Assembly: GCA_964439805.1 (NCBI GenBank)
Contig: CAYTOI010000003.1
Location: 36,844-100,843 of the forward strand
DNA: 64,000 nucleotides
Direction of reading: 5' to 3'
From: an uncultured Pseudomonadales bacterium
Lineage (GTDB): Bacteria; Patescibacteriota; Microgenomatia; UBA1400; MFAQ01
Positions 28,312 to 39,233 of the stretch are shown here, piece after piece. Positions within the stretch are counted from its first letter, which is position 1, and every line of letters begins with the position of its first letter. The position numbers were made by a program, and so were the translations under genes. A model generated the notes under the pieces. That model ran no database searches, was not told the origin of the DNA, and was given only the letters and a program-made list of their open reading frames with translations.

Positions 28312-29262
28312 ATGAGCCGAAAACTTATCATAATTATCCCTTGTTTAAACGAAGAAACCACACTACCCCTGGTGTTTTGTGATATTCCTCACAGAATAGA
28401 CGGCATAGACACTATAGAAACTCTTATAATCGATGATGGCAGTAGTGATAAAACCATAGAAGTAGCAAAAAGTTTGGGTGTAACTCACATAATAAAAAAC
28501 ACCAGAAACCGCGGACTCGCCAAATCTTTTTCCCTCGGTATCAACTCTGCTCTCTTTCACGGCGCCGACATAATAGTAAATACAGATGGAGATAACCAAT
28601 ATCCTCAAGGAGAAATTTCTGCTTTAGTACTACCAATAATAGAAGGTAGGGCCGACATTGTCATTGCCGACAGGCAAACAAAAAATATCGCCCACTTCTC
28701 CCCTCTCAAAAAACTTCTTCAAAAGGTTGGCTCGCAAGCCGTCTGCAAACTAGCAGGTATAGACGTCCCTGATGCAGTCTCTGGATTCCGAGCCTATTCA
28801 CGCCAAGCCGCCATGGAACTCAATGTCGTTACCGAGTTTTCATACTGCACCGAAACAATCATTCAAGCAGGCAAAAAGAAACTAAAGGTTCTTTCAGTTC
28901 CCGTCACCACAAACGAAAAGACCAGAGAATCTAGACTTTTTAAAAATATTTATCAGCACATGCGCCTCACTGGCTCTACCATGGTCCGCGTCTACGCTAT
29001 GTATGAGCCCCTCAAAACTTTTTTCAATGTCTCTGCCATTTTTCTCTTTATTGGTACCGTCTTTTTTCTTCGCTTCTTCTACTACATGACACTCGGAAAC
29101 GGCGCGGGTCACTTACAATCTATTCTCTTTGGAGCCGTTATGTTCCTTGCTGGTTTTCAGATCTTTATCCTTGGCCTCGTCGCCGACCTTATCGCCGGCA
29201 ACCGCAAACTTATAGAAGAAGTCCTCTATCAGCAACGCCGCCAAAACTACAAAAAGCAATGA
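28312..29262 (+). CDS. GT2 polyprenyl-phosphate glycosyltransferase (DPM/DPG-synthase-like)
   Basis: IPCLNEE, DDGSSD, DGDNQY, D..SGFR, two C-terminal TMs. Confidence 0.9.
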   Translation: MSRKLIIIIPCLNEETTLPLVFCDIPHRIDGIDTIETLIIDDGSSDKTIEVAKSLGVTHIIKNTRNRGLAKSFSLGINSALFHGADIIVNTDGDNQYPQGEISALVLPIIEGRADIVIADRQTKNIAHFSPLKKLLQKVGSQAVCKLAGIDVPDAVSGFRAYSRQAAMELNVVTEFSYCTETIIQAGKKKLKVLSVPVTTNEKTRESRLFKNIYQHMRLTGSTMVRVYAMYEPLKTFFNVSAIFLFIGTVFFLRFFYYMTLGNGAGHLQSILFGAVMFLAGFQIFILGLVADLIAGNRKLIEEVLYQQRRQNYKKQ

Positions 29263-30368
29263 GGATAACAATGATCAGTACCCTTCCGCCACTGATCGGA
29301 TTAAGCCCTTACACTGTTGGGTTGGTGTCAGCTTTATCGAAAAAAATTGAAATTGATTTTATTGGTTTCAAAAAACTCTATCCAGATTTTCTTTACCCAG
29401 GTGGATGCATAGATAAAAATGGTAAAGCGCCAAAATTCAATAAAAATGTGAATGTAAACAACTCCTTGGTGTGGTGGAATCCAATTACTTGGATCACATC
29501 TGGACTTTCAATAGATACAAAAATAGTTCACGCTCAATGGTGGAGTTGGTTCCTTGCCCCAGTATTTTTAACAGTATTGGGAATAGCAAAATTAAGAGGC
29601 AAAAAAATAATTATTACAATACACAATGTTAAACCCCACGAAAAAGAGTTTTATAAAATTTGGCTAAATAATTCGGTTATATCTCTAGGTGATGAATATC
29701 TTGTTCACAATCAATCAAACAAAGTTCTGTTTCAAAAAACCAACAATACAAAAAAACCTATCCATGTCTATCCAATAGGAATTACAGAAATAAAAAAATC
29801 AAATGTGCCAACAAGCGTACTTAGAAAAAAATATAAATTTGATAAAAACGACAAGATAGTTTTATTCTTTGGGAATATAAGAAACTATAAAGGTTTGGAC
29901 ATTCTAATTAAGTCAGTTAAATTTATAAAAAACAAAAATATCAAACTATTTATAGTGGGCAAACCATGGAAAAACTTTTCAAGTTACAACAACTTAATTA
30001 AGAAAGAAAAAATAACCACAAGAATACATAAAATACTTGAATATGTACCAGAATCAAAAGTTGCAGAAATATTTAAACTCTCAAACGTAGTAGTACTGCC
30101 ATATACAGATTTTGAGTCTTCTTCTGCTGCGGGCACACTGACTATAAATTTCCACAAACCACTAGTAGTTACTAATGTTGGAGGATTAACCAACCTAGTA
30201 TCTGACAAAAACACAATATCTGAACCAAATAACCCGTTAAATCTCTCCATAAAAATTGATTACGCGTTAAGGAAGCAAAGCTGGCTGTCAACAAAATCCA
30301 AAGAGATAAAAAACCAAATGATGTGGAACAAGATTGCCAAAAAATACCTACTAAATGTATACATATGA
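29259..30368 (+). CDS. GT4 glycosyltransferase
   Basis: FFG.IR.YKG.D.L, VLPY, P.V.T.VGG. Confidence 0.9.
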   Translation: MRITMISTLPPLIGLSPYTVGLVSALSKKIEIDFIGFKKLYPDFLYPGGCIDKNGKAPKFNKNVNVNNSLVWWNPITWITSGLSIDTKIVHAQWWSWFLAPVFLTVLGIAKLRGKKIIITIHNVKPHEKEFYKIWLNNSVISLGDEYLVHNQSNKVLFQKTNNTKKPIHVYPIGITEIKKSNVPTSVLRKKYKFDKNDKIVLFFGNIRNYKGLDILIKSVKFIKNKNIKLFIVGKPWKNFSSYNNLIKKEKITTRIHKILEYVPESKVAEIFKLSNVVVLPYTDFESSSAAGTLTINFHKPLVVTNVGGLTNLVSDKNTISEPNNPLNLSIKIDYALRKQSWLSTKSKEIKNQMMWNKIAKKYLLNVYI

Positions 30369-31252
30369 AACCTTTAGTCTACATAATAATTGTAAATTGG
30401 AATGGCATTAAAGATACCATTGAATGTTTAGAGTCACTAAAAACAATTAAGTATACTAATTACAAAGTAGTTCTAGTAGACAACGGTTCAAAAAACAATG
30501 AAGGTGGAAAAATTAAAGAACAGTTCCCTGAAATAATATTAATAAAAAATTCAACAAACACTGGTTTTGTGGTAGCTAACAATCAAGGTATTAAAAAGGC
30601 ACTGGTAGATAAAGCAGATTACGTACTGTTATTAAATAACGATACTGTAGTTTCAAATAATTTTCTTAATGTTTTAGTTGAGTTGGCTGAAAAAGACAAA
30701 AAGATTGGTGTGGTTACCCCAAAAATTCTTTACTATAAATCGGACAAAATATGGTCCATGGGAGGATATGTTTCAAAAGTAACAGGAATAAGCAGGATGA
30801 TCGGTAAAGGAAAGTTATCTCAATACTTTATAGACTACATTGAGCCTGAATTTGCCACAGGTTGTGCTTTTCTGGTAAAAACAAAAATCTTAAAAAAAGT
30901 TGGTCTACTTGACCATATTTATTTCGCATATTATGAAGATGTTGACTGGAGTTTTCGAATAAGAAAAGCTGGTTACAAAATTGTTACAAATCCAAACAGT
31001 ATTATTTATCATAAAAAATCTGCTAGTGCAGGAATAGCTGGAACTAGCAAGTTCAGCTCTATACAAACATATTATTTAGCTAGAAATTCAATAATTTTCG
31101 CAAAAACAAATTTACACTCAGTAGATAAAATTATTTATTTAATAGGATCATATTCAATTAGGGTTATTTACTTAATATTAAATTTTAATAAATTAATCAA
31201 TTTTAAATACCTATATAAAGGTCTTGTAGATGGATGGAATTATGAAAAATAA
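30365..31252 (+). CDS. GT2 glycosyltransferase (WbbL/GlfT-like)
   Basis: IVNWN, DNGS, LLNND, G.A, F.YYEDVD. Confidence 0.9.
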   Translation: MKPLVYIIIVNWNGIKDTIECLESLKTIKYTNYKVVLVDNGSKNNEGGKIKEQFPEIILIKNSTNTGFVVANNQGIKKALVDKADYVLLLNNDTVVSNNFLNVLVELAEKDKKIGVVTPKILYYKSDKIWSMGGYVSKVTGISRMIGKGKLSQYFIDYIEPEFATGCAFLVKTKILKKVGLLDHIYFAYYEDVDWSFRIRKAGYKIVTNPNSIIYHKKSASAGIAGTSKFSSIQTYYLARNSIIFAKTNLHSVDKIIYLIGSYSIRVIYLILNFNKLINFKYLYKGLVDGWNYEK

Positions 31253-32882
31253 TATAGTTGCAATATTTATTATATTTCTGCTAATCATCTTTGGAAATAT
31301 TAGTAATATTTTTGGAAACAATTGGTTCTTACACCCAGATGAAACAGGATCATACTTTGTAGCTCAAAATATCTACAAAACAGGAAAAATTATCTATACC
31401 AATAAATACAATAGTTTGTATAAAACAACTGCGTTTACACCTGCAGATCTATACTTCAATGGTAAATATGACCTGCCAAGAAAGCCAATAGCATACTATT
31501 TATTAATATCACCAAGTTTTATATTAGGGGAAAATGGACCATTTTATCTAAGTTTTCTTATATCTGTTTTTTCAGTCATTTCAATATACTATTTATCTTT
31601 AAAATTTACTGATAATCATAACATTGCTACAATTGCATCGATTGTGTGGTCTTCTTCTGCGTCTTTCTTATATTGGTCAAATTTTTTATATGGCAACTTA
31701 TTGTCAATATCTTTATTGTTTATAGGTATTGGATTTTTATTAAACAAAAACGAATTAAATAACAAATTCATATACGGGTCAATATTATTAGCAATGTCAG
31801 TTTTAATTAGATACGAATTTATATTATTTACACTACCTGCAATAATTATGTTTTCAATATTTAAGATTAAAAACTCCAAAAGAATTACAATATTTTTTTT
31901 AGCAATATTTTCGTCAATAATATTACTGATTCCAATTTCAAATTACAAAATTTTCGGGTCAATAATACCAACATCATACATGAATGATTTATCTGAATAT
32001 GACAAATCAAATTTAAATACAAAACAAAACTTATACCAAAACAGTTTAAACAAAATCATTTATGGCTTTAAAAGCGTATACACCCGGTTTCTATCCAATG
32101 ATTTCAAACCAAACTGGAACAGAATATATAATAATTTTCATACAAACATTGCAGAAGGAAATGTATTAATTTACGTATTAGGTTCTATTGGAATAATTTT
32201 ATTCATACTAAATAATAAAAATAGCAATCAAAAAAAGTTAATCGCAACCGCACTTACAATTGCAGTTTTATATTGGAGCTATAACACATTAGGTGGATAT
32301 CATTGGGGAGAAGGTTCTGAAGGAATAGGTCTTGTGTACACCAGATACTTATTGGTTACAGTAGCACTTTATTCAATTTTCACAGCCATTTTTATTAATT
32401 TTCTTATTAAAAAATCAAATGGTAGATTTATTAGCAAAATTGTTATTTTATTATTACTTGTTCTTCATGTTTTCCAATCTGTTCAAATTCTATTCTATAA
32501 AAATAATAATTTGATTCAATCAATATCTCAAAAAAATGATCTTCTAAAAATCAATAACATAGTAAATCAACTGCCTACTGACTCAGTAATTGTAACCAAC
32601 CTACTAAGTAAGGGAATAAATAATATAACAGTACTAGACTATCAAAAAATTCAGGAAATTGATGAAATTAAAATTAAAAATACAACAAATTATATAGAAA
32701 ATTTACTGATAAACAAAACAGATGTTTATCTACTAGAAGCTTTTACACACAAAGCTAGTTATTTAAATATTGAGGAAAATTTATCAAAAAATAACGACAT
32801 AATATCTACTGGAACAGATACTGAAATTAAAACTAAAAATTTTGGTGATCTAAAATTAACAAAATTAGTCTTCAATAAGTGA
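31242..32882 (+). CDS. GT-C fold membrane glycosyltransferase (PMT/ArnT-like)
   Basis: PDE after TM1, about 11 TMs, RY motifs, soluble C-terminus. Confidence 0.7.
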   Translation: MKNNIVAIFIIFLLIIFGNISNIFGNNWFLHPDETGSYFVAQNIYKTGKIIYTNKYNSLYKTTAFTPADLYFNGKYDLPRKPIAYYLLISPSFILGENGPFYLSFLISVFSVISIYYLSLKFTDNHNIATIASIVWSSSASFLYWSNFLYGNLLSISLLFIGIGFLLNKNELNNKFIYGSILLAMSVLIRYEFILFTLPAIIMFSIFKIKNSKRITIFFLAIFSSIILLIPISNYKIFGSIIPTSYMNDLSEYDKSNLNTKQNLYQNSLNKIIYGFKSVYTRFLSNDFKPNWNRIYNNFHTNIAEGNVLIYVLGSIGIILFILNNKNSNQKKLIATALTIAVLYWSYNTLGGYHWGEGSEGIGLVYTRYLLVTVALYSIFTAIFINFLIKKSNGRFISKIVILLLLVLHVFQSVQILFYKNNNLIQSISQKNDLLKINNIVNQLPTDSVIVTNLLSKGINNITVLDYQKIQEIDEIKIKNTTNYIENLLINKTDVYLLEAFTHKASYLNIEENLSKNNDIISTGTDTEIKTKNFGDLKLTKLVFNK

Positions 32883-33653
32883 TTCATGATTGTATCTAAT
32901 TTCTAGAAATTTTAAAAAAGATAAAATTGGATAAAAACTTCTGACTATAGCAATAATTAACCCATGGACACCATCCAAATAACCTCTTTTGACTATCAAC
33001 CTTCCAAAAAACTGTTTATTGACTTCAAATATTAGTTCAAAAATAAGAGGCAACATGCCTTTACCTTTTGAATACTTTTTGTAAATCTCCTTCGCTTCCA
33101 ATTCAGTGTATGTATTATAACCGGATATTGTGTCTGAAATTTTATTATGGGAATAATGAAGTATTTCTCCTTTCTTTATTTCACCCAAACATTTTTTATC
33201 GATATTAATCTTTTCATGTACTGTGCCATTAAATTTACAAAATTTTCTGTTATACAATCTATGTCTTGGATACCTACAATAACCAGATCCTCTTACAAGT
33301 TTTCCATACATGTAGTCAGTCTCATACATAACATAAGCATTTACAGATTTATTTAAAAAATTAATACTTAATAACGACACAGAGAGTTCTTCATTAATCA
33401 CTTCATCAGCATCTATATTCAATATCCAATCATTTGAAGCTTTTTTTGCAGCAAAATTTTTCTGGTCAGTATAACCTTTCCACTTATTTTCATAAAAAAT
33501 TACATTCTTATATTTAGAACATATTTTTTTTGTTGAATCACTACTAAAACTGTCTACAACAATGACTTCATCAACAAACTTAAGAGAGTTCAGACAACGA
33601 GCTATGTTTTTCTCTTCATTAAAAGTTATAACTGTCGCCGATAAATTCCTCAT
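32865..33653 (-). CDS. GT2 beta-1,4-glucosyltransferase-like
   Basis: NEE.NI.RCL.S, DS.S.D, Q.NFA, DADE, VHE. Confidence 0.9.
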   Translation of the reverse strand: MRNLSATVITFNEEKNIARCLNSLKFVDEVIVVDSFSSDSTKKICSKYKNVIFYENKWKGYTDQKNFAAKKASNDWILNIDADEVINEELSVSLLSINFLNKSVNAYVMYETDYMYGKLVRGSGYCRYPRHRLYNRKFCKFNGTVHEKINIDKKCLGEIKKGEILHYSHNKISDTISGYNTYTELEAKEIYKKYSKGKGMLPLIFELIFEVNKQFFGRLIVKRGYLDGVHGLIIAIVRSFYPILSFLKFLEIRYNHESLIED

Positions 33654-34870
33654 CTTTTTATATATTTAGTAATAATAAATCCGAGAACGATTATTTCACT
33701 CAGCAGTACCGACACAGACGACACCACAAATCCATATCTTGGCATTACCAGTAGGTTAATAAGTAGACTACAAACTAGTCCCACAGAGACCGCATAAAAA
33801 ACTTGTTTCTGTTTGTGTCGAGCAAAGAGCAGATTACTAGCAAAGATTCGGAAATAGTTAACCACCCCAGCCCAAACCAATATGGCCATGGCGGGCGCAG
33901 CCGATAGATAGACCGAGCCATATATGGCTTTTACAATTTGGCTTTGAAAAATTGTAATAAACGCAGCCAAAGGCAAAAGTCCTATTACCGAGTAGGTAAT
34001 CACCATTCTAATGAGCTTTCTAAGAGTTTCTTGCTTCTTCTCTTGAATCAGTACATTGATACGAGGGAAAATAGCATTGTTGATGACATTGATACTCTGA
34101 AAGGCAAAAAGAATTTTGTAAGCAGCCTGGTAAAATCCCACTTCCCTACTCCCAAAGAACTTACCTATTAGTAGTGTGTCTGCGTTCGCATAAATTGTCC
34201 CCACTACCGCAAGCCCCATAAATGGCACTGTTTCTCGTAGTATTTTCTCCCAAAACTCTTTTTCAAAAAGTACTTTTATTTTTACCTTCATTCCCCTAGC
34301 AAGCAAGATAGAAACAATTAGCGAAACAATAGTCGTAACAGCATAAGCAAGCACCACCTGCATCGCGCTCCCTTTAAGAGCAATAACTCCCAAAGCCGAA
34401 ACAAGAATTCCTAAGTAATAAGTAATTCTGGCTACAAACACATACTGCATTTTTTCCCAAGCCGAAAAGATGGCGACAAACACTCCAGAAAGATTCTGAC
34501 TAAGATTGTAAAGCAACACCGCCAAGATCATAGATCTTGTAGTATTTGTCGGTACAAAAATAAAACTCAAGAGAATAAGTAAAGTAATAAGAAGAGACAG
34601 ACTAATCTTTAACCCCAACAAGTTCCCCAAATATTTTTCTGTTTCTTTTTTGTTTTTTGCTACATCTCTAGTGGACACAGTGTTTAAGCCAAAGTCACCA
34701 GCAATCATAAACAACGCTACGTAAGAAAAAGCCAAGTTAAAAGCTCCAAAATCTTTTGGACCTAAGCATCTTACTAGCCCTATAGTGACACCAAACATTA
34801 CCACCTTAGAAATGAGTTCAGTGATGCCAAGCCAGAAGGCACTTTGTACTAGAATAATGCGGTTTGACAT
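33650..34870 (-). CDS. Wzx/RfbX-type flippase
   Basis: LG...FG, DFGL.....R.VA, D...IG......VG.Y.AA. Confidence 0.88.
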   Translation of the reverse strand: MSNRIILVQSAFWLGITELISKVVMFGVTIGLVRCLGPKDFGAFNLAFSYVALFMIAGDFGLNTVSTRDVAKNKKETEKYLGNLLGLKISLSLLITLLILLSFIFVPTNTTRSMILAVLLYNLSQNLSGVFVAIFSAWEKMQYVFVARITYYLGILVSALGVIALKGSAMQVVLAYAVTTIVSLIVSILLARGMKVKIKVLFEKEFWEKILRETVPFMGLAVVGTIYANADTLLIGKFFGSREVGFYQAAYKILFAFQSINVINNAIFPRINVLIQEKKQETLRKLIRMVITYSVIGLLPLAAFITIFQSQIVKAIYGSVYLSAAPAMAILVWAGVVNYFRIFASNLLFARHKQKQVFYAVSVGLVCSLLINLLVMPRYGFVVSSVSVLLSEIIVLGFIITKYIKR

Positions 34871-34891
34871 GGTACGATACTACCACATAAT

Positions 34892-36385
34892 ATGAAAAAT
34901 AATAATATGAAAAATATATTGAATTCATCGCTAAATTTTGTTAGAAATCTCACAAAATCTAAGGAGTTTATGACTCTAAACAAAACAGGCCTATATGCTT
35001 CCATATTAGCTTTTATCACCATCGTTGTTATGGGCATTGCTCTCCGCTACTTCGGACCATTTGGCAGAAACTCCATTTACGAATTCAAACCCACTCTTCC
35101 AAACACCGAAAGTTTTCTCTCACTAAACAAAACAGGTGACAAACTAGAACTTGGCGGACTCCTTCTCAAAAACAAAGTTACTCGATTCTCCCTAGATAAT
35201 CAAAAATATTTAAAAGACATCAAAGTTGCCCTCAACTACAAACCAGGTCAAAAGGAAATAAAAATTGGAGTCAGAGCAAACGAAACGGATCCTTTCATCT
35301 ACAAGTCTCTCTTCTTTGACCCTATCAATAGTCTTTCCTGGGCCAAGATTCAGTCAAATGGTATGACTTTGTTCCAAAAGACCAAACAATTCGACTCCAT
35401 CCCTGCATTCCTCAGTCAGCTAACTCCAGACAAAAAGGTCGGACTCTACCAAATAAATGTTAACGACCTCATTCCTTTCATATACCCTAATCTCAAACAA
35501 ACCAATACTGTCATCACTGCCCCTATCCGCGGCAATGCCACTATGTACGTCTTAGTTTCCAAAGGCGACTTAAACATCAAAGTCAGCAAACAAGACTTAA
35601 ACATGACCGACGGAGCCGACTCCCTCAGCCTTTCCTTGTCTCTTAATAATATAAAGGTTACCGAAGCCAATATCCCAGACGATGGCTTTGCCGACAGAAG
35701 CAAAAGCAAAACAGCTGCTCAGACAACCAGTCTCTCTGTACCAAAAGCCAAACCAGGTGTCTACAAGCTAGATATTAAGTTCGACAGTGCTGGCAACGAC
35801 GGCCTAATATCTAAGATTGAGGTCAACCAAGCCAAAGTAGTCTTTGGCGGCTCTGTACTAATCTGGAACGGTGCCCCAACCGCTTTCTACACCTTTGACC
35901 CAAAAATTGTTACTTCTACCTCTTGGGCTGATGCTATCCAAAACCTCAAAGTCGACGACAAAGCTGATCTAGCTATTAAAGACATCAAAAACAAATTCAA
36001 CTTTGATCTGGCCAAAACTATGAAGGGTAAACCAGCTGAAGAAATCTACAAAGTTTTCTCACCAAAAGGTAATATCAACTTCGGTACTGGTAGTTACTTC
36101 TCCTTCAACCCAGACACCTACTTCGATCCAAAAATAATTAAGGCTCAAGTGCTAAACACCAATAGTGTTCAAGCAGATATCGAAAAAAACCTAGACTTTA
36201 TCCTTACCACTCTAAACCCCAACAAGGAACAAGACTACTGGCTAATGTCCGAACTAAACTTTAACCCTGCAGACTTTCAGCTCAAGGGTGACAAAATCTT
36301 CTTCTCTCTAGAAGTACCAGATTTGGACAAGCAAGGCGGATCTCTAGAGCTAGGTGGACTTACAGTAACCCTTATTTCCAAATAA
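34892..36385 (+). CDS. Membrane-anchored extracytoplasmic beta-rich protein
   Basis: One N-terminal TM followed by ~430 aa soluble region; start may be 34907 or 34970. Confidence 0.7.
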   Translation: MKNNNMKNILNSSLNFVRNLTKSKEFMTLNKTGLYASILAFITIVVMGIALRYFGPFGRNSIYEFKPTLPNTESFLSLNKTGDKLELGGLLLKNKVTRFSLDNQKYLKDIKVALNYKPGQKEIKIGVRANETDPFIYKSLFFDPINSLSWAKIQSNGMTLFQKTKQFDSIPAFLSQLTPDKKVGLYQINVNDLIPFIYPNLKQTNTVITAPIRGNATMYVLVSKGDLNIKVSKQDLNMTDGADSLSLSLSLNNIKVTEANIPDDGFADRSKSKTAAQTTSLSVPKAKPGVYKLDIKFDSAGNDGLISKIEVNQAKVVFGGSVLIWNGAPTAFYTFDPKIVTSTSWADAIQNLKVDDKADLAIKDIKNKFNFDLAKTMKGKPAEEIYKVFSPKGNINFGTGSYFSFNPDTYFDPKIIKAQVLNTNSVQADIEKNLDFILTTLNPNKEQDYWLMSELNFNPADFQLKGDKIFFSLEVPDLDKQGGSLELGGLTVTLISK

Positions 36386-36389
36386 GCCT

Positions 36390-37154
36390 ATGCGCCGAAT
36401 ACTGGCGGATCTCTTCTCCATCTCACTAGTCTTTTATTTGCTGATGTTTTTGCTGGAAAATATTTTCCCCAAAATCATCAGCAATGTCTTTAATCTTAAC
36501 TACTTACTAATTCCCGTCATGATCTTTGGCGTTCTCTCAGCGCTGCTTCCTCTACCAGAAAGTGAACAACCAAAAGACGAGTACAAAAGATCAGACCTCT
36601 GGTGGTCCTTACTTCTTTCTATTTTGGGCGGCGCACTTATCTACTACAAAATCGACTTACAACCTACTCTCCGCATTAGCATCTCTCTCCTCTCTACTCT
36701 CCTTATTGGCCTTATGTCTGTCCTCATAATTTTGCCCGAAGACTACGAAATCTCCGTGCCAAAAATTAAGTGGTGGATATCACTAATCCTTATTCCTGTT
36801 TTAATTTTTGGCTACTCAAAAATAAATTTCACTTCACAACCAACAGTAATTGAAGAAACCATCATCAGAAAGTCACCTGATCTTTACCAAATAATTCTTA
36901 TCAATAGAAGTGAGGACAAAGACTTTGGCGAAACCTATCGCCAGCTAATAGTAAACAATGACTACAAAAACATCACCACAGTTAGCACAGATACCTACCC
37001 CCAGACCACTTCTCAAGCCACTGTTATCTTTAGCCCGGAAGACGCTAGTGCCGGCCAAGAAATCGCCGATCTACTGCACCAATCCATCCCAAATGTACAG
37101 ACCATGCCACCTAGCAAAAACATTCCTCAACAAATAATTATTATCCTAAAGTGA
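36390..37154 (+). CDS. Membrane protein with LytR_C-like C-terminal domain
   Basis: 5 TMs; I.LIN.S, T.IF......G.EIA..L. Confidence 0.6.
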   Translation: MRRILADLFSISLVFYLLMFLLENIFPKIISNVFNLNYLLIPVMIFGVLSALLPLPESEQPKDEYKRSDLWWSLLLSILGGALIYYKIDLQPTLRISISLLSTLLIGLMSVLIILPEDYEISVPKIKWWISLILIPVLIFGYSKINFTSQPTVIEETIIRKSPDLYQIILINRSEDKDFGETYRQLIVNNDYKNITTVSTDTYPQTTSQATVIFSPEDASAGQEIADLLHQSIPNVQTMPPSKNIPQQIIIILK

Positions 37155-38458
37155 TTTACCTTATCTTTGCTTTTTATCTTCTTGCTCGTCTTTACCCTTA
37201 TTTTTTCTCACCCGTTCCCCTAGGCTACGACGCCGGACTATACATTTATCTATGGCAAAAATATAGTGAGCTAGGCTTGGTTCAGTTTACTAGCCTCCCC
37301 AAGTGGCTAGTAGAAGTCTATCCTCCCTTTATCGCTATTGTCGGCAAGCTATTCGGTCTACTCGCCTCCCCTGCTACTTTTGCTATTCCCCTATCAATAA
37401 TTATTTCTTCTGTACTATTCCATGCAGTTTATTTATTTGTCGCCAAAAGGTACGACAAAAACACCACCCTCTGGATAATGTTTTTCTTGGCTGCATCCAT
37501 TGTCCAATACAAATTTTTCTGGTGGTTTTATATCAAAAATATTCTTGCTCTCGCCTTTGTTTTTTATTATCTGAACTTCAAAAACCAGAAGCCCTACCTC
37601 AGCTACCTATTTGTAGTTCTCACAATCCTTACTCACCAGCCCACCTCAATAATTTTATTTTTGGCGATTATCTTTAGTAACAGTTTTTCCTCTCTAATCC
37701 CCTTCTTTGCTACCTTCACCCTTTACTACATACCAAACTTCAGTCTTACAGTTGCCCCGTTCCTCCCAGGAGTTTCTTCTACAATTGGTGAAGCTTCTGG
37801 AACTTTTTGGAATATCCGAGAATCTCTTTTCTACATGCTCCACTATCTCCCTTTTTCTCTCTACGGACTATACGTAAATAGAAAAGCCAAAAATAAATTA
37901 GTTCCACAACTAGCCCTAGTCTCTTTTCTTATTCCCCTTTTTGGATTATTTTTATCTCGTCGCTTCATCCCTTTCTTTGATATTTTTGCTCTAATACTGG
38001 CAGGCCTAGGTGCTAGCAAATTTTTCAAAGATTTTCCCAAATTAAAATACTTTTATATCCACCTAGTTATTATTTCTATAAGTTTATTCGTGTTCCAATA
38101 CTCCGCTGCAGCCATAAATATAGATGAATTTGAGGAAATTAAGTTGCTGACTACCACCCCATCTTCTGCCTCCATTTTGGTTACTGATAATGAGTACACA
38201 CCTTGGATATATGGCTACACAAACCGTCGTTCTATTACTCCAGGGTTTGGTGAATTTGATATTTACTGGACAACCTATGAGTGGCAACAATACTGGCTCT
38301 CCGGCAATCAAACTTTAGAGATTTCTCTTCTCCAAAAACTTCCTCAACCTCTCTATATTTGGAAAGGCGACAAAAATGCCCTCACAAAGTTTTCTTTGCA
38401 AGGGCCTTGTTTTGAACGCTTCTCTTGGCACACTTATCGCTTTGTGTGCCAGCAATAA
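37151..38458 (+). CDS. GT-C protein with STT3/AglB-like features
   Basis: PLGYDAG.Y after TM1; TP..A.IL...W.YGY.NR after last TM. Confidence 0.55.
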   Translation: MIYLIFAFYLLARLYPYFFSPVPLGYDAGLYIYLWQKYSELGLVQFTSLPKWLVEVYPPFIAIVGKLFGLLASPATFAIPLSIIISSVLFHAVYLFVAKRYDKNTTLWIMFFLAASIVQYKFFWWFYIKNILALAFVFYYLNFKNQKPYLSYLFVVLTILTHQPTSIILFLAIIFSNSFSSLIPFFATFTLYYIPNFSLTVAPFLPGVSSTIGEASGTFWNIRESLFYMLHYLPFSLYGLYVNRKAKNKLVPQLALVSFLIPLFGLFLSRRFIPFFDIFALILAGLGASKFFKDFPKLKYFYIHLVIISISLFVFQYSAAAINIDEFEEIKLLTTTPSSASILVTDNEYTPWIYGYTNRRSITPGFGEFDIYWTTYEWQQYWLSGNQTLEISLLQKLPQPLYIWKGDKNALTKFSLQGPCFERFSWHTYRFVCQQ

Positions 38459-39217
38459 CTATTTCTTTGCAGCGTCTCCCGCTATCATTTTCATAGCATC
38501 CTGAACCGTTGTCATAAACTGAGCAGGGAAAATAATTGTCGAATTCTTTTCTACCGAAATCTCGGCCATGGTCTGTAAGGTACGGAGCTGCAATGCCACT
38601 GGGTGAGCAGAAATAACATCAGCTGCCTCAGCAAGCTTCTGCGCAGATTGGAACTCTCCTTCTGCTGCTACCACTTTGGCTCTTCGCTCTCTTTCGGCTT
38701 CAGCTTCTTTGGCCATAGCTCTTTGCATATTGTCTGGCAAGGAAATATCTTTTATTTCTACAGCAGTCACTTGTGCACCCCATGGTTCGGTGTGAGTATC
38801 AATAACCTTTTGAATCTGTTGATTTATTTTTGTGGTCTGAGACAAAAGCTCATCAAGAGTAAACTGACCAACTACGTTTCGGACTGTGGTCTGAGAAATT
38901 TGATTGACGGCATTATAAATATCATCAATGGCCACTACTGACTTTTGGGGATCCACAATGTGGTAATAAGCTACAGCGGCAATATCTATAGACACATTGT
39001 CTTTGGTAATAATTTTTTGCGAAGGAATTCCCATGGTAATAGTACGAAGTTGCACTTTTCTCATCACTTCCAAAAAAGGAATCAAAATAATAAGCCCAGG
39101 TCCACGAACGCCGACTACTCTACCCAAGAAGAAAACCACCCCTCTCTCGTACTCTTGGACGATCTTTAGGCTAGCAAATAACACAAACAGAATAATAGAA
39201 ACTATTGTGAAGTTCAT
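38459..39217 (-). CDS. SPFH/stomatin (slipin) family protein
   Basis: [36 protein letters not shown]. Confidence 0.93.
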   Translation of the reverse strand: MNFTIVSIILFVLFASLKIVQEYERGVVFFLGRVVGVRGPGLIILIPFLEVMRKVQLRTITMGIPSQKIITKDNVSIDIAAVAYYHIVDPQKSVVAIDDIYNAVNQISQTTVRNVVGQFTLDELLSQTTKINQQIQKVIDTHTEPWGAQVTAVEIKDISLPDNMQRAMAKEAEAERERRAKVVAAEGEFQSAQKLAEAADVISAHPVALQLRTLQTMAEISVEKNSTIIFPAQFMTTVQDAMKMIAGDAAKK

Positions 39218-39233
39218 ACTCTCTAGTATATTC

